Below are positions 19,957-30,656 of a stretch of DNA of 64,000 nt, piece by piece. Positions within the stretch are counted from its first letter, which is position 1, and each line of letters begins with the position of its first letter. Origin of the DNA: Opitutales bacterium (GTDB lineage: Bacteria; Verrucomicrobiota; Verrucomicrobiia; Opitutales; PNEW01). The DNA lies in assembly GCA_965197745.1 (NCBI GenBank), contig CBDANS010000007.1:1344001-1408000 (forward strand), read 5' to 3'. The notes under the pieces are model-generated. The model was not told the DNA's origin. It searched no databases and was given only the letters and a program-made list of their open reading frames with translations. The translations under genes and the position numbers were made by a program.

Positions 19957-20408
19957 GGAATGATCTATCGATCAGTTTTAGCCGCCGTCGTCCCGCGGGT
20001 GCGGGACTATGGCGTGCCATGGGTGTTATGTGAATATGTGGAACGCAACCTGCGATGAGCTCAGTCGAATCGTGACTCTAGCGCGTTGAGGATGTCGCAA
20101 TTGAAGAAACGCGCTGGGGAATGTCGGACACGTATGTCAGCTCCTTGGAATGTATGATGTCGTCTCGCTGTCGTGGTACTCGGTAGCCACGGCTGACAAG
20201 GGAGTAAAGACCCAATCCAAACACGGAGCGGGTCCCTTCAGCTATGTTAAATCCTTACCCCTTAGAATTTTAACAGTATAGATTTACCTTAAATGGAATA
20301 TTGATGTTTTTAGTAACAAATTATTGCCAAAAAATTACTCTGTGTTCATAAATTCACACTCATTTTTGGTAGAAATCAGCATTATTTTATGCAGAAAGAA
20401 GATCGTTT

Positions 20409-22625
20409 ATGACTAATTATAAATTTTTGAGCGCAGTAATAGTTTTCTTAGGATTAACGGTTCAATTGTCAGCCCAACCTGAATCACTTGATACTTTTTT
20501 TGATTTCGAGAATGTCACGGGTGAAGGGCCAGAATTTATAATAGGGGAATCCCCTTTCACGGTCCGTATTATTGGATTTACTTTACAGGATGTAGATCCC
20601 GGCCTTGCTCACTCGGGTAACCGGGCCCTGGTTCTCGATCCGAGTGCACCTGACCATAAGATATTATTTGAAAGAGGGGTATATGAACTTCAATTCTATG
20701 CTGTCGATACCTTGGGAGGAGGAAGGATCGAAATTAGAGAAAGACATTTTCGTGATTTAAATCAACAAGGCGTAGTCAACGGCTTGACGACCAGCCCTGG
20801 TCTACAAAGTTTCGTCTCCTTTAGTGGAGATGTCCTGGATTTATCAGATTTGAATTGGACGAATGGGATGAAAGAATTAAAAATTATCAATCCTGCCGGA
20901 CAAATAGCGATTGATGACCTGGGATTTACTTATGTTGAAGGGCCACCAGATAATACGATATTTGAAGATTTTTGGTTTTTTTTAGAGCGTGCTGAATTTT
21001 TATTCCCAACTGGGAGTCGAACGGATTTCATCATTGGTTTTCCACCTTACACCGCGCACTTTACGGGCGGTGTCATCACGGGGGGGTTACCCGCTTATAA
21101 TCACTCCTTACCTGGTGGGGGTGGGCATTGGGCAATTGTCCAGCAAGAGATCTCCGGCCAACCGGTTCAAGAGATTACAGGAGTCATTGAATTTGAAACC
21201 CCGGTTGCTCAGTTACAGTTCTACGCCGCCATATTTTTTGAGGATGATGGCTTTATTGAAATCTTCGATACAGAAGGGAACCTGCTTACAGCAACCGACG
21301 ATATCGGCATGAATGTAAGTGTAGAATTGACTCAAGCTTTTACTTATTTCGACTTCAATGCAGTGGAATTAGGGGCCCCCGGTGGCATTGGTAGTCTACA
21401 CTATACGAACAGGACGATCACCTCTACTACGGGGAATGTTGATAGCATCGGAATTGACGACATCGGGTATACTCCCATCGGTGCCCCCGGCAGTGGTTCC
21501 GAGGGACCACCCCCCTGTCTCGGGTCCCTCCATCACCACCCAACCGTCGGGCCAGGAAGTGCAGTCCGGCACGGCGGTGGTTTTATCCGTTGTAGCCAGC
21601 GGCGATGATCTTACCTATCAATGGTATACCGGCACCAGAGGCGACAGCGCCAATCCCATTGCCGGCGCTACGGGAAGCAGCCTGACCACCGGTGCTCTCA
21701 CCGTGAGCACCAACTTCTGGGCACAGGTTAGCAATGCCGGAGGAACAGCCGATAGTGATACTGCGAGCATTACGGTGACAGTCCCTGCGGTCCCCCTTGT
21801 CCTTGAAGGTTCGGGCGATATCGCCGGAGAGAATATCCAGCATCCTAACGGTAATGTATTCGACCAGATTCTGTTAACCGGGGAGTCCATTCATCTCCAG
21901 GCCAGGACGGGACAAATCACTCGGGTCTCCTTCATGGACGAAACCGAGGACATCGTGCAGGTCGAGTTTTCAGGCGCAGGGACCTTTACCGTTACCCTCG
22001 ACCCGGCCAGCTTCCTGCCCCCGGCCATTCCCCCACGCTACAACCAGACAGTCGAGTACGTGACGGGCAAGCCCAGCGTGTTCATAGAGGGAGCCGACGC
22101 GAATACCTTTTTCAGTATCTTCACGGTAGGGAAGATCAACGCCGTGAACCAGGCCCTGTTCCCAGAAGGACAGGTCTATGACGCGGAAGCCGATGTGACG
22201 CTGGTGGAAGTGATCAACTCCACAGGAATGGGAGGAATGCAACTGTCGAACACTGTTTTTTCAGGAAGCACGGGGAAAGTCGGAGTGGATGCACGAGGAG
22301 TGCCCATAGCAGTACGATTAACGACAGGCGACATTGATGCGAGTGGGGACGCGGTACCGCACCTCCTGTTTGGTGAGGGATCCTTCACGGTGCCCGCTGG
22401 TAACCCCGGTTTGCGGATCACGGGAGGAGACCTGGAACAGACAAACGGTGCCTCAATCGTGATCGCAGAAAGTGGATCGACGACCCCGGGTTTGAGACAT
22501 TGATCACGCAGAACAATTTTAAATCGGATAACACCCCTCAGCCGACACAGAGTATTGACGCAACCTTCGCCAATGAGGATGGTGATGCGATCTCCGTCAC
22601 TGTTGATGAAGTGACAATTGAATGA
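20409..22625 (+). pseudogene. Tandem paralogue of the 17716 protein with two homopolymer frameshifts
   Basis: Colinear with 17716-19956; +1 in the C6 run 21510-21515, -1 at the GGG/TTT run 22488-22493; the frame then resumes to the TGA at 22623-22625 (...DEVTIE*). Confidence 0.82.
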
Positions 22626-22834
22626 GGAATGATCTATCGATCAGTTTTAGGTGTTAAGTTTTAAGTGTTAAGTGAATAGGTGGAACGTGCTGTCCTCCAA
22701 CCAGGATATAACTTTCGTATCGCTCTAAATTTTCTTTCTTGTGTATTTTGCGCGTCTTGCGTTGCTTAGAAATAGTTTCGCATCAGTGAAGTAGCATCTG
22801 GTAGTTATTTTAATCTACTCCAACATTCAATACT

Positions 22835-23290
22835 ATGACAGAAGATAAAATATTTCCTACCCGTGGGAGCATTGAAGAAGCAGAAGAGGGTGATCTCCTG
22901 CAACTCAAATTCGATGAAAACGGTCTTATACCCTGTATCACTCAGGACGCAGAGAGCAACGAAATCCTTATGTTTGCCTACATAAATGAGACGGCCCTAA
23001 GCGCTTGTATCAGCACCGGCCTCGCGCATTATTACTCTCGCTCTCGGAAAAAACTTTGGAAAAAAGGAGAGCAATCGGGGTATATTCAGAGGATCGTCAG
23101 TTTAAATATAGACTGTGATCAGGACTGTATACTACTCAAGGTTAAAGTTGAAGGCGGTGCTTCATGTCACCTGGGTTACCGTTCCTGCTTTTTCCGAGAA
23201 CTGGAAACATTGTCTGATGACACTGATTTTAAATTAAATTTTATCGAAAAAGAAAAAATATTCGATCCGAGCAAAGTTTATAACCGGTAA
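22835..23290 (+). CDS. hisI: Phosphoribosyl-AMP cyclohydrolase
   Basis: YYSRSRKKLWKKGEQSG, DCDQD, CHLGYRSCF. Confidence 0.95.
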   Translation: MTEDKIFPTRGSIEEAEEGDLLQLKFDENGLIPCITQDAESNEILMFAYINETALSACISTGLAHYYSRSRKKLWKKGEQSGYIQRIVSLNIDCDQDCILLKVKVEGGASCHLGYRSCFFRELETLSDDTDFKLNFIEKEKIFDPSKVYNR

Positions 23291-23356
23291 TATTAAATAA
23301 CAGAATTAGTGTAATGATTGTGCGCGAAAACGGGAAATTTTAATCTAAATAAATAG

Positions 23357-24856
23357 ATGGAAGAATTGCCCTCATTCAGCGTTTTTAATTACACTATATG
23401 TGCTGTTTATCTGGCTGTAATGTTCAGCATCGGGTTATGGCTGGCTGGAAAGCAGAAGACGACAGAAGACTACTTCCTCGCGGGTCGAAAAATGCCATGG
23501 ATTATCGTTGCCATGAGTATGTTCGCCTCGCTTACGAGCGCGGCTTCCTTTATCGGAATGCCGGGGCTCGCTTATCGAGAAAATATTTCTCAAATTGCTG
23601 TTGGGGTTGTTAGTGTTCTTGCCGCTCCCTTTTTTATCTATCTTTTTTATCCTTTTTATCGACGGCTCCGCGTAACCACTACTTACGAATACATAGGGTT
23701 TCGCTACGGGAGACCCGGTCGCTATGCTGTATCGGGATTGTTTGTGCTGCTGCGTTTATCCTGGCTTGGCATCGTCATCTACTCCCCCTCTCTTGCCTTA
23801 TCGGTAGCGACCGGGGTTAACCTTTATCTCGCAATTCTTCTCATGGGCGTTCTCGCCACCACCTATACAGTCCTCGGTGGCCTGTCCGCGGTACTGTGGA
23901 CTGATGCTATTCAATTCATCCTCCTTGTGGGCGGGGCAATCTGGGTGTCGATAAGTTTACTTTACGCCGTTCCCGATGGGTGGGCTGGTATTATTACCAT
24001 CGCCAGCGAAACAAACCATTTGAATGTATTCACCTGGAAAATCAGCATTTTTGAGATGAGTGCTACGGCCGTTGCTTTCACTACTTTCATTGGGTTTTTT
24101 CTAGGCTACGGGATTGACCAGGTTACGGTGCAAAGGCTTTTAGCGACAAAAAAATTCAGTGGGATGGTAAAGGCTACGGTGGTAAACTCATTCATCGATT
24201 TGATCATCGTCGGTATTTTAATTTTTATCGGAATAGGCATGTTCGCCTTTTATCACCATTTTCCTGAGCAAGCCTCCGAGGAAATGAAAGGAGATAGAGT
24301 GCTGCCTTTTTACATTATGCAGAATCTTCCTGACGGGGTATCCGGACTCCTCATCACAGCCATCTTTGCGGCCGCGATGTCGAGTATGGATTCAGGGATA
24401 AATTCGGTCTCTACTGTCATCGTTAACGATTTTGTTAAACCATTGCGCCGCAAAGCCAGGACTGAACATCAAGATGTACAGTTAGCGCGTATCCTTACTT
24501 TTGTCTTGGGAGTATTAGCGGTTATTGTAGCCTGTTATGTTACAACAATAGGAGAAATTATTAAAGCCGGCGGGACTCTCATGAGCCTTTTTGCGGGACC
24601 AATTCTTGGCCTTTTTCTACTTGGCATATTCACTCAGCGTGCAAATATTCTGGGATGGGTTATAGGTACTGCCATCGCCATACCCGCTACTCTCTGGTTA
24701 CAACACAATACGGAAGTCCATTTTATTTATTACGAGTTTTTCTGTTTATGTGTAAACCTGATAATTACCTATCCTGCCAGTCTCATTTTTGGCGGGGAAA
24801 AAGCACCGAAAAAATTTACACTCAAGGGAAGGTCGGAATTAAATGCAGGTGAATAG
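23357..24856 (+). CDS. Sodium:solute symporter (SSS) family transporter
   Basis: DYFLAGRKMPW, YTVLGGLSAVLWTD, DQVTVQR, AAAMSSMDSGINS; many TM helices. Confidence 0.92.
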   Translation: MEELPSFSVFNYTICAVYLAVMFSIGLWLAGKQKTTEDYFLAGRKMPWIIVAMSMFASLTSAASFIGMPGLAYRENISQIAVGVVSVLAAPFFIYLFYPFYRRLRVTTTYEYIGFRYGRPGRYAVSGLFVLLRLSWLGIVIYSPSLALSVATGVNLYLAILLMGVLATTYTVLGGLSAVLWTDAIQFILLVGGAIWVSISLLYAVPDGWAGIITIASETNHLNVFTWKISIFEMSATAVAFTTFIGFFLGYGIDQVTVQRLLATKKFSGMVKATVVNSFIDLIIVGILIFIGIGMFAFYHHFPEQASEEMKGDRVLPFYIMQNLPDGVSGLLITAIFAAAMSSMDSGINSVSTVIVNDFVKPLRRKARTEHQDVQLARILTFVLGVLAVIVACYVTTIGEIIKAGGTLMSLFAGPILGLFLLGIFTQRANILGWVIGTAIAIPATLWLQHNTEVHFIYYEFFCLCVNLIITYPASLIFGGEKAPKKFTLKGRSELNAGE

Positions 24857-25131
24857 ATGGACCCGGCTATTTTCGAATGCGGATATGGGATTTCGGATTT
24901 TTCTATTATTTGCAAGTCTCGTAATCGAGGGTTTATTCGATGACTAACATTGTGACATTATTTTGGGGCATCGCCGAAGAAGTGAACCTTCGTCCCACAG
25001 TAGAGGGACTACGCCGTGGCAAGCAGACCAGTAGCTGTTGCATTAATATCACCTAATTTAAATTTATAAAACATACCCTTATTTGAAAGGCCTGAACGGT
25101 GACTTGTAATCGTATATACAATGTCTATTTG

Positions 25132-25246
25132 CCTGGATTGCTTCGTCGTTTCACTTCTCGCAATGACAAAGGGATGAGCAGGCAGCGTGTTTTAATTACA
25201 CTCCTATTGTCATTGCGAGGCTGCTTGTCAGCCGTGGCAATCCAGG
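25132..25246. repeat. Inverted pair of GTCATTGCGAG...GCAATC palindromic repeats
   Basis: CCTGGATTGCTTCGTCGTTTCACTTCTCGCAATGACA 25132-25168 and TGTCATTGCGAGGCTGCTTGTCAGCCGTGGCAATCCAGG 25208-25246. Confidence 0.75.
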
Positions 25247-25520
25247 AGGATGTCTGTTGCATATCGTTAGCCTCCGAATGGTGAGGTTCACCTTTAATCG
25301 AACGATTGCATGGGTATAATTTAAAGTATCTTACTCATGTTTCTTAGCAACTATCATCAGACTTCGTTTCGCTTCTGCGAGACGAAGCCATGGCGGGACG
25401 AAGACGAAGATATAATTAAGGGATGTCGTAGTGCCGGTGCTCAATTGGATAAGCCAGTAATTATAATACTTGAAAAAGCGCATGGCGCGTTCATTCTATA
25501 GCTGCTTAAAATTTATTTAA

Positions 25521-26664
25521 ATGATACTTGATACCGAAATACGCTCAAAAATTGATGAAATAAATCGGCGGGCAGGATACCTATGGAGGTATCTTTGACG
25601 CCGAAGGTAAGCTTGGCGAAATAGCGAAAATTGAAGCAGAGATGGGGCAACCCACTTTTTGGGATAATCACGAAAATGCTCAAAAAAAAGCATCTCAGGT
25701 AAGTCAGCTCAAGCAAGTCATTAATCCTGTTATCGAGTTCCGTAAACAGGTGGAGGATCTCAAAGCAATGGAGGAACTTGTAGCGGAAGGATCAGATGAA
25801 GAAGCGCAGGAATTATTAATGGAAATTGAACCCATTACGGCAAAGCTTGCTGATGTTATAGGGAGCCTGGAAGTAAAATCATTTTTGAGTGGCCCCCATG
25901 ATCGATGCAACGCGATTATGGGCATCCATGCCGGGGCTGGAGGCACGGAGTCCTGCGATTGGGCAGAAATGCTTTTACGTATGTATACGCGCTGGAGTGA
26001 ACGCCATGGTTTCGAAGTTACGATACAGGATATGCAATCGGGTGAAGAAGCGGGAGTCAGCCGCGTCGCTATGCACATAGCAGGTGAAAACGCTTATGGT
26101 TATGCAAAAGCAGAACGCGGCGTGCATCGACTGGTCCGCATTAGTCCATTTGACTCGAACCGCCGCCGGCATACTTCCTTTTGTGCCGTTGATGTCATTG
26201 CCGAAATCGAGGATGACGCTGACATCGATATTATAGATGATGAATTGCGAATAGATACTTACCGTTCGAGCGGAAAGGGCGGACAACACGTAAATAAATC
26301 AGATACGGCAGTGCGCATTACTCATTTACCTACGGGTATTGTTGTTGCCTGTCAAAATGAACGATCGCAGTATAAAAATAAAGCGACTGCGATGAAAGTG
26401 TTGAAATCACGTATCTTTGAGAAAATGGAAGATGAAAAACGTGCGGAGCGAGATAAATTTTACGGTGAAAAAATTGAAATTGGTTGGGGAAATCAGATAC
26501 GCAGCTATGTTTTTCAACCCTATCAAATGGTTAAAGATTTACGCACCTCGGTAGAAACTTCCAATATTCAGGAAGTAATGGATGGAGATATAGACCGCTT
26601 TATTAACGCCTGGCTGCGCGCCGGCTGTCCCACCGCCCGGAATAAGACAGACAATAACGATTAA
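25521..26664 (+). CDS. prfB: Peptide chain release factor 2 with programmed +1 frameshift
   Basis: ATG at 25521, 25 codons to GGAGGTAT-CTT-TGA-C (25593-25599); the +1 frame joins the track ORF at 25642; SPF and GGQ motifs. Confidence 0.97.
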
Positions 26665-26671
26665 GGTTCTC

Positions 26672-28081
26672 GTGAAAGCAACAGCAAATAGCTACGAAGA
26701 AATTCGTAAGGCATTGGAACAACAGCCATTGTTTGAGGATAAAACATGGCAGTTATCACCTGAGCCTTTCACCCTTACTGGGGATGAAGTGTCTATAATA
26801 GATGATATAGGGAAAGCCTGTTTAGAATTTTATCGTGCACTGGAATTACTCTATATACGCTCTGTTGAAGATAAGAATCTTCTACGCAATAAACCGCTCA
26901 AAGCTCCATGGGTTGCAGAGTACCTTGACCGTGGTAAACCCGAGAAACTTATCAAACATGCGCGTTCCAAGCGATCACGTGGAGAAATGCCACTCGTCAT
27001 ACGGCCAGACTTAATATCTACCGATGACGGCTTTGCCCTTACCGAAATCGATTCTGTTCCAGGGGGAATCGGATTAACGGCTTTTCTCGCGCGGTTATAC
27101 TATAAGGACGGAGTAAAATTAGTTGGCGATGCAGATAGAGATAGCATGATTCTCGCTTTTTATGAAGCCCTGGCCGCACGGGTGGAAGGGGAAACGCTTC
27201 CTCTTATCGCGATTCTTGTCAGTGATGAAGCGAACACTTATCGGCCGGAGATGCAGTGGTTGGCTGATATGCTTCAAAAAAAGGGAAAGCGTGTCTATTG
27301 TTTTCATCATAGTGAAATCTTACCATTGGGTAATACACTATGCGCTTCCGTTGATGGAAATCCGGAAAAAATTGATATCATCTACCGTTTCTGGGAACTG
27401 TTCGATCTTGCTAATGTGCCCCTGGCAGAATTCATTCTCGAAGCCTGGGAGGACTCGCAACTCGTAGTGACTCCGCCTATGCGCCATTTTCAAGAGGAAA
27501 AACTGTCAATGGTGTTGTTTCACCATCATTTACTGGATGTTTTCTGGAAAGAAAACCTTTCAAAATCTTCGTTCAGGTTACTCTCAAAAATCATCCCTAA
27601 ATCATGGGTCATGGATCCCGTTGATATTCCTCCTAATGCAGTATTGGAGGGGCCTGCAATTGGGGGTAAGCCCATTTCATCCTGGGAGCAGTTGGGGGAA
27701 GCATCACAAAAAGAGCGCAACCTTATCATCAAAATGAGTGGTTTCCATGAGGAGGCCTGGGGGGCACGCAGTGTCGTGCTCGGGAGTGATGTATCAGGCG
27801 CTGACTGGATAAAAGAGATCAATAATGCGCTACAATCAAGTGATCGAAATCTTTTTGTGCTTCAGGAATACCATAAGCCAAAACGCCTGCAACATACCCT
27901 ATACAAAGCATCGGGTAATGTCGAAGTAGTCGATGGCCGGTTACGGTTAGGCCCTTATTACTTTGTCAATAATAATAATACTAAACTGGGTGGAATACTC
28001 GCTACATTTTGCCCCGCTGATAAAAAAATAATTCATGGTATGCGTGATGGCGCTATGCTTCCATGTCAAGTGCATGGTTGA
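26672..28081 (+). CDS. Conserved hypothetical protein, ATP-grasp-like
   Basis: IRPDL...ALTEIDSVPGGIG, YRFWELFD, IIKMSG...WGARSV, VLQEY, RLRLGPYYF resemble ATP-grasp ligase motifs. Confidence 0.6.
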   Translation: MKATANSYEEIRKALEQQPLFEDKTWQLSPEPFTLTGDEVSIIDDIGKACLEFYRALELLYIRSVEDKNLLRNKPLKAPWVAEYLDRGKPEKLIKHARSKRSRGEMPLVIRPDLISTDDGFALTEIDSVPGGIGLTAFLARLYYKDGVKLVGDADRDSMILAFYEALAARVEGETLPLIAILVSDEANTYRPEMQWLADMLQKKGKRVYCFHHSEILPLGNTLCASVDGNPEKIDIIYRFWELFDLANVPLAEFILEAWEDSQLVVTPPMRHFQEEKLSMVLFHHHLLDVFWKENLSKSSFRLLSKIIPKSWVMDPVDIPPNAVLEGPAIGGKPISSWEQLGEASQKERNLIIKMSGFHEEAWGARSVVLGSDVSGADWIKEINNALQSSDRNLFVLQEYHKPKRLQHTLYKASGNVEVVDGRLRLGPYYFVNNNNTKLGGILATFCPADKKIIHGMRDGAMLPCQVHG

Positions 28082-28254
28082 ATTATTTTTGATATGATGA
28101 CATACAGGAAATCTTCGTCTGCGTCCTTTAAATATCTAGAAAATTATTCCTTATAATTCTCAGCGGCCACGACGGAGCGTGACCGCCTGGAAGTTTGAGC
28201 TATAATCTCAGATTTACCCCAACAATTAATAAGTACCAATTTCTGTATGCCTCT

Positions 28255-28309
28255 TGTCGGTTACAATCTGATGGGAAGAGAGGCTTATGAGTCCTTCCGA
28301 GAATGGGTC
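28255..28309 (+). mobile_element. 55-bp relic of an IS110 left end
   Basis: Colinear with 62281-62335, with the same preceding GCCTCT and an identical TGAGTCCTTCCGAGAATGGGTC. Confidence 0.75.
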
Positions 28310-28368
28310 CTTAAAATTACCCTATAATAAAAAAGAACTCAATTTGGGACGAAGACGGAAAAGAATAC

Positions 28369-29559
28369 TTACTCTATATTCTGATCCTGCTGTAAAAGAG
28401 CATTTTGTTCACGCATGGTTACGACCCATTCATGCATCACTGATTCAGGGACTTTTTTCGCGTCCGATATACTCAATGGAATTCCTGTAATGGTATTATC
28501 AGGAGTAAAGGTGGCTTTTTCGATTCTGGTCGTAGTTATTCTAAGCGTATCTTTATACCCGTCATTAAAATTAATCTGTAAACCATCTTTAATCAGTGTC
28601 CATCGACCCGGTACTTTAATAATACCTTCATTAAGCTTAAATTTAATACGTGAAGCTTTACCCCAAGATTCAATTTGCAGGAAATAGCGATAGGCATCGA
28701 TATCTCCCACTTCCCAGAAACCAAGGAAACTTTCGCCGCTCGCCAATTTTGGTTTTCCAAAAGTGAAATAATCCTTAGCTTTCTCAGAGCCCATTCTTTT
28801 TACCAGTGCCGTATTGTCAGAATCGGTTCCAAAGCTCCCTTCCTTATCGGCTGCCTCATAAGTATAGCCTTCCGATGTGCTGGAAATCTTTCCTTCTATT
28901 TTCTGATTCATCAAAATAATAGCTTCTCCATTATTTTCCATCCATGTCCCTTCCTCAATGGTCATTTCGCGTTTTGAAGGTAGAGCCATTTCCGCACTAC
29001 CACCGCGTTTGAGAAAAAGATAAAAAATATTGTCCCGAGATATTTCAACCTCCCAGAAACCGATAAACTCACTTCGGGTGGGAGTGGACACCGCCGTATC
29101 GATTTGAACATAAGTATCACTCTCATTTGTAATATGTGGGGTATCAGTTGTGAGGTTACCGACCAAATTACGGCTGACACGTTTAGCCCTCAAAGTGCTT
29201 TCGGATTTTCCCTCAAGAGGGACTCCCGGCAGATAGGCTTCTTTAAAATAGTCATCACCCTTTCTCTCGAAGACATCGTGATATCCATTGGGCCAGGTAA
29301 TAACAATTCGATTTCCATCCGTAACCCACTCACCTTTATCAATCTTATTGCTGACTGCTCCCGACCAAAATGAGGAAACGCGCCCCGCTTTTTTAATGAT
29401 TAAATAAAAGGTGTCTCCCGTATCATCTTTAAATGCCCAGAACCCAATTAATGCAGCTGGGTTGAATGCGGGTGTGGGGTTTCCTGTTTGCGCGACCGAA
29501 TAATTAGCGGCAGTGAGCAGGATTAATGGGCAGATTGCCAATAAAATTACAGGCTTCAT
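28369..29559 (-). CDS. Secreted hypothetical protein with three repeated beta-rich modules
   Basis: Signal peptide; repeats begin LIGFWAF, FIGFWEV and FLGFWEV, each with a later GxW. Confidence 0.75.
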   Translation of the reverse strand: MKPVILLAICPLILLTAANYSVAQTGNPTPAFNPAALIGFWAFKDDTGDTFYLIIKKAGRVSSFWSGAVSNKIDKGEWVTDGNRIVITWPNGYHDVFERKGDDYFKEAYLPGVPLEGKSESTLRAKRVSRNLVGNLTTDTPHITNESDTYVQIDTAVSTPTRSEFIGFWEVEISRDNIFYLFLKRGGSAEMALPSKREMTIEEGTWMENNGEAIILMNQKIEGKISSTSEGYTYEAADKEGSFGTDSDNTALVKRMGSEKAKDYFTFGKPKLASGESFLGFWEVGDIDAYRYFLQIESWGKASRIKFKLNEGIIKVPGRWTLIKDGLQINFNDGYKDTLRITTTRIEKATFTPDNTITGIPLSISDAKKVPESVMHEWVVTMREQNALLQQDQNIE

Positions 29560-29755
29560 GAATAATTTTAAGAATTATCACACATACTCATGTATGGCTA
29601 TGAAAAGTCAGCCTTAAATTAATTTCTCTGCAATTACGCCATGAAATTGTTCATAAATTGTATAGCTGAAAGATAAAGCATGAGTCCAACCGGAAATGAC
29701 TATAACTACATGACAATGTTCCCGGAAACGAGGAATTGATTGATAGGATAGGCTC

Positions 29756-30526
29756 TTAGTTGCCAATTTTCGAATAATTTAAAATAGAGTAGGAAATTGA
29801 TCCCTCGTTGATGCATTGACGGTCAGTAAAATTACCCTCAGGCAGGGAGTCTAGACTATGATGATAGGAAAACTGATATGTTCCATTACCGGTGTCTTGG
29901 AAAAAACCGCCAAGTCCACGAATTTCCGGAAAGGTATGTTTAATGGGCGTGTTTTCTGTTAGGGGGTAGGGGAAATTTATATTATGAACAATCAGATCAT
30001 TTTCGGGTTTACCTGCTAGTTTTAATGTAAATTCAGCTGAAAGCGTTGCTGCAGTCCTTAAAGTGGATTCGAATTCTTCGTTATAGCGACCGTTGTTTGC
30101 TTTAACCTGATCAAAAATATCTCTGGGGACAACGAGAGAAAAGGCGAGCGCCGGTAACCCCCAAAACGCCCCCTCGACTGCACCTGCCACCGTTCCGGAA
30201 CACAAAATTAAAGGCAGCGTTGTGTTATAACCGACATTAATGCCTGAAACGATAATATCGGGTTTCTCATCGAGTAGATTCCCCAGAGCAATATTTACGC
30301 TATCACTGGGAGTGCCGTCAACTGACCATGCGGGGCAAGCCAAATCATTGTACTTTTCCACTTTAACGGAACGATAACGACTCATCCCCTTACTGATCCA
30401 ACTTTGTTCTGATTTTGGTGCCGCTACAATAACAGAGAAATGTTCCTGTAGTGCTGCAACGAGTGCATGAAGGAAAAAACAACCTACACCATCATCGTTG
30501 GTAACGAGAACTGTGGGTTTCTTCAT
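29756..30526 (-). CDS. surE: 5'/3'-nucleotidase SurE
   Basis: LVTNDDG, AP..EQS, DGTPSD, VSGINVG, SGTVAGAVEG. Confidence 0.95.
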   Translation of the reverse strand: MKKPTVLVTNDDGVGCFFLHALVAALQEHFSVIVAAPKSEQSWISKGMSRYRSVKVEKYNDLACPAWSVDGTPSDSVNIALGNLLDEKPDIIVSGINVGYNTTLPLILCSGTVAGAVEGAFWGLPALAFSLVVPRDIFDQVKANNGRYNEEFESTLRTAATLSAEFTLKLAGKPENDLIVHNINFPYPLTENTPIKHTFPEIRGLGGFFQDTGNGTYQFSYHHSLDSLPEGNFTDRQCINEGSISYSILNYSKIGN

Positions 30527-30656
30527 TTTAGATGATTCTGGTTTGCGTGCATTTTATAAAACCTGTGAGCAGAAAATATATCAATCAATGTTTCGGTGAG
30601 CAGGGAATCACCTTATGAATTTAAGGATAATAAGATAAGGTTTATTCGCTCATTTC

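Noticed and set aside
20225..20252. dif-like site (CTATGTTAAAT resembles the XerD arm)
   Set aside because: The XerC arm GGAGCGGGTCC lacks the conserved inner ATAA; probably chance.
20140..20260. Possible structured RNA or IS-end remnant between the paralogues
   Set aside because: Only a 15-nt match (rc CTTGTCAGCCGTGGC) to the repeat near 25224; not enough to call.
25431..25456. GTGCCGGTGCTCAATTGGATAAGC resembling a tRNA 5' half (possible att remnant)
   Set aside because: No anticodon or T arm, gapped similarity only, and it resembles tRNA-Arg rather than the tRNA-Lys next to the integrase.
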